From Carpediemonas membranifera BICM (taxonomy: Eukaryota; Protista; Fornicata): a DNA stretch of 64,000 bases. Made by a program: the position numbers and the translations under genes. Positions 49,701 through 61,009 of this stretch are shown here, piece by piece. The DNA lies in NCBI GenBank assembly GCA_019828565.1, contig JAHDYR010000004.1, positions 124,001 through 188,000 of the forward strand, read 5' to 3'. Every line of letters starts with the position of its first letter. Positions within the stretch are counted from its first letter, which is position 1. The notes below the pieces were generated by a model, which made no database searches, was not told where the DNA came from, and saw only the letters and a program-made list of their open reading frames with translations.

Positions 49701-51331
49701 CGGTCGCCGCTGCACAGCGCGTTCGTGCACGACCAGCCGCAGGCCTTCGCGGCGCTGCTCAAGGCCGGCTGCCTGCTCGACGACGCCTTTCCCGGACGGC
49801 CACCCGCTGCTGGCCGCCGTCGCCAAGCTGCCGATGCTGGCCGCGATGCTGGCCGCGAGGGTTGACATCGACACCGTCAGCCGGAACACGACTGCGCTCG
49901 TGGTCGCCATCCAGGGCGGCCACTGGGACTCCGCGACGAAGCTGCTCGCCCGCGGCGCCGACCCCCTCCTCCCGCCGGTCGGCGTCAACGCGCTGCAGGC
50001 CGTCAAGGGCGTGGCCGACCCGCTCATGGCCGGCGTGATCCGGGCCGCCATCAACGACGCCCTGACGAAGCAGCTCAGCGACGACATCACGCAGGGCGAC
50101 ACCGCTGCCGTGAAGCGCCTGCTCGTGGCGGGCGTGTCCGCGAACGGCGTGGACGGCAAGATGCCGCCGCTCTTCGCTGCCGTCAAGGCGGGCAACTTCG
50201 ACATCGTCAGCCTGCTGCTGAAGCACGGCGCCGACCGGGCCGCGACGTACAAGGGCAAGACGGCTGCGCAGACAGTCAAGAAGGGCAGCAACCTGCAGTA
50301 TCTCCTGATCCAGGACCAGACGCCCGAGCCGCTCGTGCAGCCCGACCTCAACGCGGACATCACGAAGCCGGCGGGCAGCATCGCGTTCAGCCAGGCCGAC
50401 CGCATCGGCGAGGGCGGCATGGCGGCCGTCTTCCGCGGCACGTACGGCGGCACCGACTGCGCCGTCAAGGTCGTCGCGCGGGCCGACCTGAACGCGGTGC
50501 AGGCCGACCGACTCCAGAGCGAGATCTTCATCCACAAGCAGCTGCGCCACAGCAACGTCGTCGCGCTCTACGCGCTCGAGCAGGACGACCGGGAGATCCG
50601 GCTCGCGCTCGAGCTCGCGTCGGGGTCGCTCTCGGCGCTGCTGCTCTCGAAGGCCGACCTGCCCTGGGACGCGCGGCTGAAGTTCGCGCGCGACATCGCG
50701 GCGGCCATGGCGTTCATCGCGGGCGAGGGCTACGAGCACAGGGACCTCAAGTCGCTCAACATCCCTCGTCGCGAACAAGAAGGCCAAGATCAGCGACTTT
50801 GGGCTGACCGCGCGGCTCGACCAGCGCGTGGCGGACGTCGAGGGCTCGTGGCCGTGGATGGCGCCCGAGCGCTTCGACGGCGTGGGCGGCGAGAAGGCCG
50901 ACGTCTTCGCCTTCGGCATCACGCTCTGGGAGATCGCCGCGCGCGACATCCCGTACCGCCAGGAGCGCCTCGGGCTCGACACCATCCGCGCGCACGTGCG
51001 GGCTGGCTACCGGCCGATGACCCCCGCGGGCACGCCGGCGGCCGTGGGCGAGCTGATCCGCCGCTGCGTGGCGCCCGACCCGCGCGACCGCCCCACCTTC
51101 GCGGAAGTCGTCGCCGCGCTGCCCGACAGCGTCGCGACCGAGATGTACACGGAGAGCGCCGTGCGCAACCACGAGGTCGACACCTTCGCGAACGCCAGCG
51201 CGCCCTGGATGACGCTGTCCGAAGACGAGAGAGCAGCCGCGCTCGCCGCGATGGGCACGGTCACCGCGACATACCGCACGAACGCGCCCAGCGCCCCGGG
51301 CCTGCGCACGCTGAACGACATGTATAGGTAA
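46709..51331 (+). CDS. WD40-array (2 cassettes) / ankyrin / TKL-like kinase gene, copy 2; in-frame TAG at 48086-48088
   Basis: Twin of 17581-22202; cassettes at 47237 and 48347; same kinase motifs; frame is open upstream to an ATG at 46487. Confidence 0.8.
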
Positions 51332-51699
51332 AGAGATTGGCTCAGCATTTACACCCGCCCCGACCCATCGCCAGGCCTCCTCCGTCACTCATAAGCTTGG
51401 AACACGTTGAAGCGCTTCTGAGCCATCAACTCGAAGGCCACAGCAAATGTGCGCCTGTCAACCGGGACTCGGCCACCCAAGCACACCACCACATGGTCGC
51501 ATTGAGTCATCGCTTCCATCGGCTGTCAACAGGTACGATCGGTGTCATGACAACACAGTACACTGTTTTTGGACCATCATTCAGGAGCCGAGGGTGGAGA
51601 TGTCGGGCCGGCACTCAAGATAGCGCCCTCGCTGCGTCGGCGCTGCATGCCACCGTTGCTGACTCGGCCGAGTTGACACGAAGAACGGGCGCGTCGACG

Positions 51700-53117
51700 A
51701 TGGACGAGGCACCACGGCAGAACGCTGTGGTTAACGATGAGGTGAATAGCAATACAGAGACATCAATGCACTGGGCGTGCTGGAACGGCGATCTTGCCCG
51801 CGTGCAGAAGCTTATCGATGCAGGCGAAAGAATGTCGAAGGATTCAGCGCAAATGACGCCCCTAGCACGCGCAGCCCAGCAAGGCCACGCAGCAGTAGTG
51901 GACTTCCTGCTCTCCGACCCAGTTGGCGCCCCTGCACATTGAGGAGAAAGAAGCCAACGCCCTCACCCCCTCCACCTGGCCATCCAGGGCGACTACCCGG
52001 TCACCGCCGGCCTCTTGGTCACTAGAGGCGCAGACATCAACTCCAGGGACGCCCAGGGCCGCACCCCGCTCCACTGGGCGTGCGAGCAGGGGTCGCCCCA
52101 TCTTGTGCGGCTCCTGGCAACACACGGCGCCGACCTAGAGGCCACTGACGCTAGGGAAGCGGACCCCTCTCCACGCAGCGGTCATGGGCGGGAACTACGA
52201 GAACGTGGTCTTCCTCGTGGGCCGGGGCGTGGCGCTCGAACCACTAGACCTGGACGGTGCCACGCCCGCAAGACTTGCTGAGGCAAAGCAGCTCCAGGGC
52301 CTTGTGTACGGTATTCGAAGAGGGCAGACGGCCTGGTGGCATCGTGTGAGGCGTGCCCCGGTCGGCTTGCTGGTGTACTTCGCTGGCCTTGTCGCGGCGA
52401 TCGTCACGACGTTCCTTTTCGGGGTTATACCCTCACCCCACCCCATTTACGTGTTTATATTCGCGGTTTTTGCCCACCGTAGCAGCCCTCGTTCTTCTAG
52501 TAATCACCAATCGAGCGAACCCCGGCGTTATCACCAACGACGACCCACACTCAAAGATCGACTACACGAAGGAGCAGCCGATCTGCGAGTCCTGCCACGT
52601 CAGAAAGCCCCTCCGCAGCAAGCACTGCCGTTCGTGCGACGTGTGTATCAGGCGGCACGACCACCACTGCGTCTGGACAAACTGCTGCATCGGTGCGGGT
52701 AATATCCGGCAGTTTATGGCAATGCTACTTGCCACCATGGTCGCGCTTGCGGTCACGACTGTTCTTCCCTTGACTATGGTTGTCTGCCACGTCGGCGGAC
52801 TCGAAGGCAGTCTGTGGGCAAAGCTGTGGAGGATTGCGGTGCTCAGATCAGGGACGGTGGTCATGGCTGCCATCGCTGGGGCCACGTTGCCTTTCGTTTA
52901 TCGTTTGTTCCATCAGCAGGTCAAGAATATTTTGACAAATCTGACGACTAATGAGGCAATCAATTGGATGCGATATGACTACATCAGATACGAGAATGGC
53001 GTCTGGCACAACCAGTTTGACCATGGATGGCGGTCTAATCTGGCCGATTTCTTCGCAGGTTACCCCAACAGCGGCGCCGCGTTCCCGGCCACGGCGCACA
53101 CAGAGGAGTTGGTGTAG
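51700..53117 (+). CDS. Ankyrin-repeat DHHC palmitoyltransferase (Akr1/ZDHHC13-17-like), copy 2
   Basis: Same ankyrin, DHHC cysteine-rich and TTNE motifs as 22570-23986; homopolymer frameshifts. Confidence 0.9.
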
Positions 53118-53618
53118 TGTTTATACGTGTGTATATGTGCAAGAGATGTCAATACCGGCTTGGGGATACGCTCAATCGACTCCCAGTACAAGTCGACTCC
53201 GCCTTAGCATCGCCGTCGACGCCAGCGGCTCCTGTTCAGACAGCAGCGAGTACTACCTGTGACAGGAGTTCACAAGCATCGTTAACACGCTCAGCATGCG
53301 CAAGATCCGCCTGGCCACCCGATCCCGCCTCAGAGCCGACAACGACGCCATGTCGTCCCTCAACCCGACCCCGCAGCGCTTCCCGCGGTCTATAGGGAAG
53401 TCCTCCTCGTCTCCGACGATCACGCCCCGAGCAGCCCTCACTCTTCCACCCATTGATGAGCTCTCCGCGCAGTTTAGCAAGAGTCGGAGCAGAATACCGT
53501 CCGGTCCAGGGTCAAGACAGCATGCCAGGCGCCGCTCAGACATCCCTACGCTGCCACTGTTCAGGCTGGGGGGCGTCGGCGAGATTGATGAGAAGACGAC
53601 GACACCTCGATTAGTAAC

Positions 53619-54957
53619 TTGATGGCCACACCGAGAACGGGGCAGCACAGGGATGAGACTCTCTCAGAATGCGCGGATGAGATCAAGAATGCAGCCGGGG
53701 ATCGTGCCAGGTTCATGAGGTCACATCGCGTCGAGGTGAAGCACGTGCGCACGATGAAGCGGACTATAGTTCTCAAACACGCGTTATCAGTGGAGCTGAA
53801 GGCAGTGGTATCGCCCACACCGTATGTGGTCACATGCGGGTCGGGCAGCAATTTCCTGGTGGACGCAGCAAGCTCGATCGAGGCGTTCAGGTCAGCGAAG
53901 GTGCTAGAAATCACTACGGCGCAGATTACGGCCACGCAGCGGACAAAGGAGCGCATGGAAGCCTTGGAGAGCGCGCACTGCTCCGCCTACCCCCCACGTG
54001 AAGGGCCGCAGACGCACCGGAATTGTCGGGTACACCAACACGCTCGCCCGGCAGGTCCGCAAGCTCGAGGCCGAGAAGGAGGCAGCGCTGCGTGAGTCCA
54101 TGGACGCAGCGAAGGCCCACCGCCAGGCCATCGGGTCGCTTTCATACATTGGTGGGCAACGAGACGACCCGCCCAACCTCACTGTGAAACCTCTGCAGGG
54201 TCGGGACTTCCAGGTCACCTCGCTCTCCCCCAGTGGCCCCAGACTGGACACGAGGGAGAGTCTCCGGCGTATGGCCACCAGCAAGGGCGACCTGACTCTC
54301 GACTCGACTGTGAGAATGATCCAGCGGCATTGGAGGGCCTGGGTCGAACGGAAGAGGCGGGCAAGGTACGCTATAGCCGGGGGGATGCTCGTGGGCATAT
54401 GGAGGGACAGGCGGGGCGTCGGGGGCGGCAAGAACAGGACGCTCGAGACGCTTTTATATTTATTCCATCGCATTTATTTTATTATGGGCGAGAGGCTGCC
54501 CGACTCACTATGGAAGTACGCCAGTCCAATACAGCAGCGCCGCTTCATGCTCCAGCTGGAGTCGAGGGGCTTCATCCCTTCGCAGGTTAAGGAAGCCACT
54601 GAGCGCGAGAGGGAGCTCGACAAGAGGCTGAAGGAGTACGAGAACAAGGACGCGTTGCTCAGGCGGTCCATTCTCGAGCGTGCGGCGAGCACCACTGCCG
54701 CGGAGGAGACCCCCGACGAGAAGCTCTCCTCCGGGTTCAAGCGGTACCTTGGACACACCCCCGGCGGGAAGAGCCGAGACCTCCTCTACGAGGCTTCAGG
54801 CCTTGTGTTCGGCGGGAAGCGCTCGAACGCCCTTTCCAAGGCGATGACTGCCGGCTCCGTCATGGGCGTGGCGACCGTGCTCGGGCAGCGGGGCGGGTAC
54901 GAGCAGAGCTTCATGAACACGCCCACAGCCACGCAGATGAGCTTCACTAGACGGTAA
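53619..54957 (+). CDS. IQ-motif hypothetical protein, copy 2 (one frameshift near 53990)
   Basis: Twin of 24490-25827; IQRHWRAW motif. Confidence 0.6.
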
Positions 54958-55028
54958 ATCCTTTGGCCGCTGCCTCGCCTCTACATGGCCTTATCGACGG
55001 CACGATAGTCTCCCGGGACGTCCACAGC

Positions 55029-58000
55029 ATGCGACTGTCCTCGCATGCTTCCATCTCCCACATGCCATCCATCGGGGTGAGCATCGGCCCCTCCGCCATC
55101 AGACAGCTCCATGGCGACACCGCCGACCCCAGCCTGGTTGTTACTAACAGGGCCGGGTACTTTAGCCTCTACGACCCTCGCGCCGATACCTGGGGTGAGG
55201 CTGTGAGGGCACACCGACATGCTCTCAACACTCTCGACGTCTCGCCGCATGGGGAGATACTCAGCTCGGGTCGGGACTCGACCGTCAAGCTGTGGGACGC
55301 GAGACATCTTACTCGGCCCCTGACGGTCTTCTCGAACCATAGGTGTCAGCGATCAATGATGGCTGCCTCGTTCTCGGCCCAAGGCCACATCATCGCCGGC
55401 GACGAGCGCGGTGGGGCAGTTGTATACCACAACAACGGCTCGTTCAACAGCCACCCCCACAGAGACCACATCCTGCCCGACGCAGAACAGGGCGCCCACG
55501 TGCTCACGGCTGTAGGGACGAAGCTCGTGGCTGTGACGGGAGACAGATCGAGGCAACTCGTCGTGTGCGACCTGGGGCCGAGGAAGGAGGCTCATCATTT
55601 GATTGGCGGCATCACCCCGCAGTGGGCGGCGAGTCACGCCATCTCGACGATGGCTGCCACCAGAGACACCTGGACAAACACGAACTTTTGGGACGTCACG
55701 ATGTCGGACTGCTCAAAGTCGCAAACACCATCCAAATTCAGCGAGATGAATCAGCGACGATGCAGAAAGTTCGTTCCACGCCTCCCACTTACGCAGCTGG
55801 TACGTTCCCAATCCCGTTGGTGCAGAGATGCAGCCCGCGGCGAGTTCAAGAGCACTAACACAGTGGATCTCAACAATGGTGCGTCCTCCCCGAGAATCTC
55901 ACGCAGCAGCGAGTGCAGAGCAGTAGATCACATGATCAGAGACGCCACGACGCGCGTCTTCGCCCCAGAGGACAAGCTCCACCTCAATCCCATCGGATCC
56001 TCGCCCCTCACCGCTACAGACCTCAGCCGCGTCCTCGACCACCTCTCGACATTGGACGGGCTGCCCAGAGAGTTCAGCATGAGGCTGACTGAGCCCGACC
56101 TCACTGTCACGATGAGGTATGGCAAGCTGGCCGCCAACAAGCCCGACAGCGCCATCGACGATCTGCTCGCTGCCTGGAATGCGAGGATGGCTGAGTGCAT
56201 CCACACGATGAAGGGTCACACCAACTGGGTGTTCAGCGTCGCCTTCCTCCCTGACGGCGCCATGGTCACTGGGTCATGGGATGGGACGACCAAGCTGTGG
56301 GACAAGCGCGGCGCCTGCAAGATGACGATGGAGCATGGTGGGACTGTTCGGTGCATCGCCGTCTCCCCGGACGTGTCGACCATCGCCTCGGGCGGGACTG
56401 ACCGCAAGATCAAGCTGTGGGACCAGACCGGCAGACTCGGCAAGACGCTCGAGGGGCACACCAATAATGTGAGAAGCCTCGCCTTCTCCCGAGACGGCAA
56501 GACGCTGGTGCCCGGATCCGATGACAAGACAGTCAGGACGTGGGACGTCGCCACCGGCGAGTGCAGGACGATGGAAGGGCACTCAGATTGGGTGCTCTCC
56601 GTCGCCGTCTCCCCCGACGGCAAGACCATCGTCTCTGGATCATGGGATTATACCATCAAGGTGTGGATCGCTGAGTCGGGCAGACTCGAGCAGACTCTGG
56701 AGGGCCACAAGAATCCTGTCAACGCCGTCGCCATCTCCCCGGACGGCGCTCTGCTGGCCTCTGGGTCTGGCGACCACACCATCAGACTCTGGGACACCAG
56801 GACCTGGGAGTGCGTCGCCATCCTCAGGGGGCACACGCACTATGTCAACAGCGTCGCCTTCTCGCCCGACGGCAGGACCCTCGCCTCTGGGTCTGGTGAC
56901 AACACCATCAAGTTCTGGAGCATCGACAGCGGCGAGTGCTTCAAAACGCTCAGAGGTCACACAGATTGGGCGAACAGTGTCGTCTTCTCCCCGGACGGGT
57001 CGACCCTGCTCTCTGGGTCAAAGGACAAGACCGCCAAGCAGTGGTCCCTTGGTCGCTCTCCCGAGCTCACCGCCCTCGACCAGACCCTCGTCCAGCCTGT
57101 CCCGGCCGCGGCCATCGTCCGCCTCGAGGGCACCGTCGCCGACCTCACCCGCGTCCTCGACCACCTCTCGACGCGGCCCAGAGAGTTCAGCATGAGGCTG
57201 ACTGAGCCCGACCTCACTGTCACGATGAGGTATGGCAAGCTGGCCGCCGACAAGCCCGATAGCGCCATCGACGCCATGCTCGCTGCCTGGCAAGCGAGGA
57301 TGGCTGAGTGCATCCAGACGATGAAGGGTCACACCGATGGCGTGATCAGCGTCGCCTTCCTCCCCGACGGCGCCATGGTCACTGGGTCATGGGATGGGAC
57401 GACCAAGCTGTGGGACAAGCGCGGCGTGTGCACGACGACGATGGAGCATGGTGGGAAGGTTCGGTGCATCGCCGTCTCCCCGGACGGGTCAACCATCGCC
57501 TCGGGCGGTGATGACCGCAAGATCAAGCTGTGGAGGCGCGGCAGACTCGTCAAGACGCTCGAGGGACACACCAGGGATGTGAGAAGCCTCGCATTCTCCC
57601 CAGACGGCAAGACGCTGGTGTCCGGATCATATGACAAGACAGTCAGGTCGTGGGACGTCGCCACCGGCGAGTGCAGGACGATGGAAGGGCACTCAGATTG
57701 GGTGCTCTCCGTCGCCATCTCCCCCGACGGCAAGACCATCGTCTCTGGATCATGGGATTATACCATCAAGGTGTGGGTCGCTGAGTCGGGCAGAGTCGAG
57801 CAGACTCTGGAGGGCCACACGAATTCTGTCGCCGCCGTCGCCATCTCCCCGGACGGCGCTCTGCTGGCCTCTGGGTCATTGGACAAGACCATCAGACTCT
57901 GGGACACCAGGACCTGGGAGTGCGTCGCCGTCCTCAGGGGGCACGCGAGTTCTGTCCGCAGTGTCGCCTTCTCGCCCGACGGCAGGACCCTCGCCTCTGG

Positions 58001-60401
58001 GTCTTGGGACAACACCATCAAGTTCTGGAGCATCGACAGCGGCGAGTGCTTCGAGACGCTCAGGGGTCATGACAATATTGTGCGCTGCGTCGCCTTCTCC
58101 CCAGACGGGTCGACCCTGCTCTCTGGATCTGACGACAAGACCGCCAAGCAGTGGCCCTCCACTAACTCACCAGAGATCGAGGAGGTCTGCGCCCGACCCA
58201 CACTCGGCGCCGACATCCGCCTGCCGTCCGACGACTCGCCCCTCAACATCCGCGACCTGGCGTGGGTCGTCATCCACATCCTCGCCACGGGCCTGCCCCG
58301 CTCCTTCGAGATGAGGCTGGCCCACCCCGAATGCACCGTCTCTCTTGGTCCTACCGGTTTCACGACGAGCCAAGCCGCCGATGTTGAAGCCCTTCTCGAG
58401 CTACTCAACCGCCACCCTATGTTACTGACACTGTTGGCTGAAACACGTGCTCTCGACGCCGTTGACGAAGCGCTGTACGTGGCCGCGGATCTGAGCGACG
58501 CCAAGCGCCTGCTGGCCGCCGCCGGCCCGCACGCGACGCAGCACGAGGCGCGAGTGCTCGCGCTGAGGACCGGCCTCGCCCGCCTCCAGCCCGTGCAGGC
58601 GCTCGCCAAGGACCCGATGCCCGCGCTCAAGGGCCGCGTCAAGGAGGCGCTGGAGAGGAGCGACGAGCTCCACGCGCACATCATCAGCGGCGACGTCGGC
58701 AAGATGCGCTCGAAGACGCTGCTCAGAGACAAGCTGTTCGGCCCCGTCGTCCTCAACTGCCTCGACCGCGAGCGCCGGTCGCCGCTGCACAGCGCATTCG
58801 TGCACGACCAGCCGCAGGCCTTCGCGGCGCTGCTCAAGGCCGGCTGCCTGCTCGACGACGCCTTCCCGGACGGCCACCCGCTGCTGGCCGCCGTCGCCAA
58901 GCCGCCGATGCTGGCCGCGATGCTGGCCGCGAGGGTTGACATCGACACCGTCAGCCGGAACACGACTGCGCTCGTGGTCGCCATCCAGGGCGGCCACTGG
59001 GACTCCGCGACGAAGCTGCTCGCCCGCGGCGCCGACCCCCTCCTCCCGCCGGTCGGCGTCAACGCGCTGCAGGTCGTCAAGGGCGTGGCCGACCCGCTCA
59101 TGGCCGGCGTGATCCGGGCCGCCATCAACGACGCCCTGACGAAGCAGCTCAGCGACGCCATCACGCAGGGCGACACCGCTGCCGTGAAGCGGCTGCTCGC
59201 GGCGGGCGTGTCCGCGAACGGCGTGGACGGCAAGATGCCGCCGCTCTTCGCTGCCGTCAAGGCGGGCAACTTCGACATCGTCAGCCTGCTGCTGAAGCAC
59301 GGCGCCGACCGGGCCGCGACGTACAAGGGCAAGACGGCTGCGCAGACAGTCAAGAAGGGCAGCAACCTGCAGTATCTCCTGATCCAGGACCAGACGCCCG
59401 AGCCGCTCGTGCAGCCCGACCTCAACGCGGACATCACGAAGCCGGCGGGCAGCATCGCGTTCAGCCAGGCCGACCGCATCGGCGAGGGCGGCATGGCGGC
59501 CGTCTTCCGCGGCACGTACGGCGGCACCGACTGCGCCGTCAAGGTCGTCGCGCGGGCCGACCTGAACGCGGTGCAGGCCGACCGACTCCAGAGCGAGATC
59601 TTCATCCACAAGCAGCTGCGCCACAGCAACGTCGTCGCGCTCTACGCGCTCGAGCAGGACGACCGGGAGATCCGGCTCGCGCTCGAGCTCGCGTCGGGGT
59701 CGCTCTCGGCGCTGCTGCTCTCGAAGGCCGACCTGCCCTGGGACGCGCGGCTGCAGTTCGCGCGCGACATCGCGGCGGCCATGGCGTTCATCGCGGGCGA
59801 GGGCTACGAGCACAGGGACCTCAAGTCGCTCAACATCCTCGTCGCGAACAAGAAGGCCAAGATCAGCGACTTTGGGCTGACCGCGCGGCTCGACCAGCGC
59901 GTGGCGGACGTCGAGGGCTCGTGGCCGTGGATGGCGCCCGAGCGCTTCGACGGCGTGGGCGGCGAGAAGGCCGACGTCTTCGCCTTCGGCATCACGCTCT
60001 GGGAGATCGCCGCGCGCGACATCCCGTACCGCCAGGAGCGCCTCGGGCTCGACACCATCCGCGCGCACGTGCGGGCTGGCTACCGGCCGATGATCCCCGC
60101 GGGCACGCCGGCGGCCGTGGGCAAGCTGATCCGCCGCTGCGTGGCGCCCGACCCGCGCGACCGCCCCACCTTCGCGGAGGTCGTCGCCGCGCTGCCCGAC
60201 AGCGTCGCGACCGAGATGTACACGGAGAGCGCCGTGCGCAACCACGAGGTCGGCACCTTCGCGAACGCCAGCGCGCCCTGGACGCTGTCCGAAGACGAGA
60301 GAGCAGCCGCGCTCGCCGCGATGGGCACGGTCACCGCGACATACCGCACGAACGCGCCCAGCGCCCCGGGCCTGCGCACGCTGAACGACATGTATAGGTA
60401 A
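55029..60401 (+). CDS. Intact WD40-array (2 cassettes) / ankyrin / TKL-like kinase protein with an extra divergent N-terminal WD40 segment
   Basis: Uninterrupted ORF (open from 54963, first ATG 55029); cassettes at 56187 and 57300; adaptor, ankyrin repeats and a complete kinase motif set. Confidence 0.92.
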   Translation: MRLSSHASISHMPSIGVSIGPSAIRQLHGDTADPSLVVTNRAGYFSLYDPRADTWGEAVRAHRHALNTLDVSPHGEILSSGRDSTVKLWDARHLTRPLTVFSNHRCQRSMMAASFSAQGHIIAGDERGGAVVYHNNGSFNSHPHRDHILPDAEQGAHVLTAVGTKLVAVTGDRSRQLVVCDLGPRKEAHHLIGGITPQWAASHAISTMAATRDTWTNTNFWDVTMSDCSKSQTPSKFSEMNQRRCRKFVPRLPLTQLVRSQSRWCRDAARGEFKSTNTVDLNNGASSPRISRSSECRAVDHMIRDATTRVFAPEDKLHLNPIGSSPLTATDLSRVLDHLSTLDGLPREFSMRLTEPDLTVTMRYGKLAANKPDSAIDDLLAAWNARMAECIHTMKGHTNWVFSVAFLPDGAMVTGSWDGTTKLWDKRGACKMTMEHGGTVRCIAVSPDVSTIASGGTDRKIKLWDQTGRLGKTLEGHTNNVRSLAFSRDGKTLVPGSDDKTVRTWDVATGECRTMEGHSDWVLSVAVSPDGKTIVSGSWDYTIKVWIAESGRLEQTLEGHKNPVNAVAISPDGALLASGSGDHTIRLWDTRTWECVAILRGHTHYVNSVAFSPDGRTLASGSGDNTIKFWSIDSGECFKTLRGHTDWANSVVFSPDGSTLLSGSKDKTAKQWSLGRSPELTALDQTLVQPVPAAAIVRLEGTVADLTRVLDHLSTRPREFSMRLTEPDLTVTMRYGKLAADKPDSAIDAMLAAWQARMAECIQTMKGHTDGVISVAFLPDGAMVTGSWDGTTKLWDKRGVCTTTMEHGGKVRCIAVSPDGSTIASGGDDRKIKLWRRGRLVKTLEGHTRDVRSLAFSPDGKTLVSGSYDKTVRSWDVATGECRTMEGHSDWVLSVAISPDGKTIVSGSWDYTIKVWVAESGRVEQTLEGHTNSVAAVAISPDGALLASGSLDKTIRLWDTRTWECVAVLRGHASSVRSVAFSPDGRTLASGSWDNTIKFWSIDSGECFETLRGHDNIVRCVAFSPDGSTLLSGSDDKTAKQWPSTNSPEIEEVCARPTLGADIRLPSDDSPLNIRDLAWVVIHILATGLPRSFEMRLAHPECTVSLGPTGFTTSQAADVEALLELLNRHPMLLTLLAETRALDAVDEALYVAADLSDAKRLLAAAGPHATQHEARVLALRTGLARLQPVQALAKDPMPALKGRVKEALERSDELHAHIISGDVGKMRSKTLLRDKLFGPVVLNCLDRERRSPLHSAFVHDQPQAFAALLKAGCLLDDAFPDGHPLLAAVAKPPMLAAMLAARVDIDTVSRNTTALVVAIQGGHWDSATKLLARGADPLLPPVGVNALQVVKGVADPLMAGVIRAAINDALTKQLSDAITQGDTAAVKRLLAAGVSANGVDGKMPPLFAAVKAGNFDIVSLLLKHGADRAATYKGKTAAQTVKKGSNLQYLLIQDQTPEPLVQPDLNADITKPAGSIAFSQADRIGEGGMAAVFRGTYGGTDCAVKVVARADLNAVQADRLQSEIFIHKQLRHSNVVALYALEQDDREIRLALELASGSLSALLLSKADLPWDARLQFARDIAAAMAFIAGEGYEHRDLKSLNILVANKKAKISDFGLTARLDQRVADVEGSWPWMAPERFDGVGGEKADVFAFGITLWEIAARDIPYRQERLGLDTIRAHVRAGYRPMIPAGTPAAVGKLIRRCVAPDPRDRPTFAEVVAALPDSVATEMYTESAVRNHEVGTFANASAPWTLSEDERAAALAAMGTVTATYRTNAPSAPGLRTLNDMYR

Positions 60402-61009
60402 AGAGATTGGCTCAGCATTTACACCCGCCCCGACCCATCGCCAGTCCTCCTCCGTCACAGGCCCGGGCCGGACCTCCGTCGCTCGCATTTGCAGCCCATT
60501 CAAGATTCCCATCACTTTCCCATGAGTACATTGTCATTCCACCGCTGTGAACATCCATATGCAGCTTGCGGTCTGTGACCGAGCAACGGGTTGACGAGAG
60601 CATCACGTTGGATCAGATTCCTCTCAGCCAGCATTGAGTTATAGCATGGCGTCCGTTTGGACGAACCAATCTTCTATCATGCGGTAAGGCAGGGGCAATG
60701 ATGTTGACCAACACATCCAGTGGCGTGAAATCAAAAGACTCGCTGCATACTCGGTACATCTTGCACGCGATACGGTTGTGGTGGCATCTCGTGGTAATTC
60801 TTTTGAATTGCCTAATCTTGGACAGCACGGGAGACGACTCCATGACCAATGTGACCATATTTCATGAAAAGCAGGGAAAATGGGTCAACCCAGCTTCATA
60901 CTTCAGGTTTCTTCATTTGTTTGATTTGATGGCGAATCATTCAGATATCAAATCGCGATGTCAGGCACTCGAGGACCCACTCGGATATCACTGGTCAAAA
61001 GAACATCAA

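Larger units (their letters stand above)
29261..56100. repeat. Tandem segmental duplication, copy 2 (right boundary approximate, inside the WD40 gene at 55029)
   Basis: Near identity to 1-~27,000; clustered base substitutions appear only from ~54,730, and sequence beyond 60,490 is unique. Confidence 0.85.

Noticed and set aside
53146-53622. Upstream extension of the IQ gene or a separate gene
   Set aside because: In-frame TGA at 53260 in both copies and no convincing splice sites or motifs; left uncalled.
58067-60515. Long antisense ORFs (58422-60515, 58067-59629, 20199-22259, 33686-34927, 61213-62256)
   Set aside because: Shadows of GC-rich codon usage on the coding strand; no recognisable motifs.
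60613-61009. ORFs 60613-60858 (-) and 60698-61090 (+) as genes
   Set aside because: No motifs; the latter is the open frame running into gldA exon 1 and its intron.
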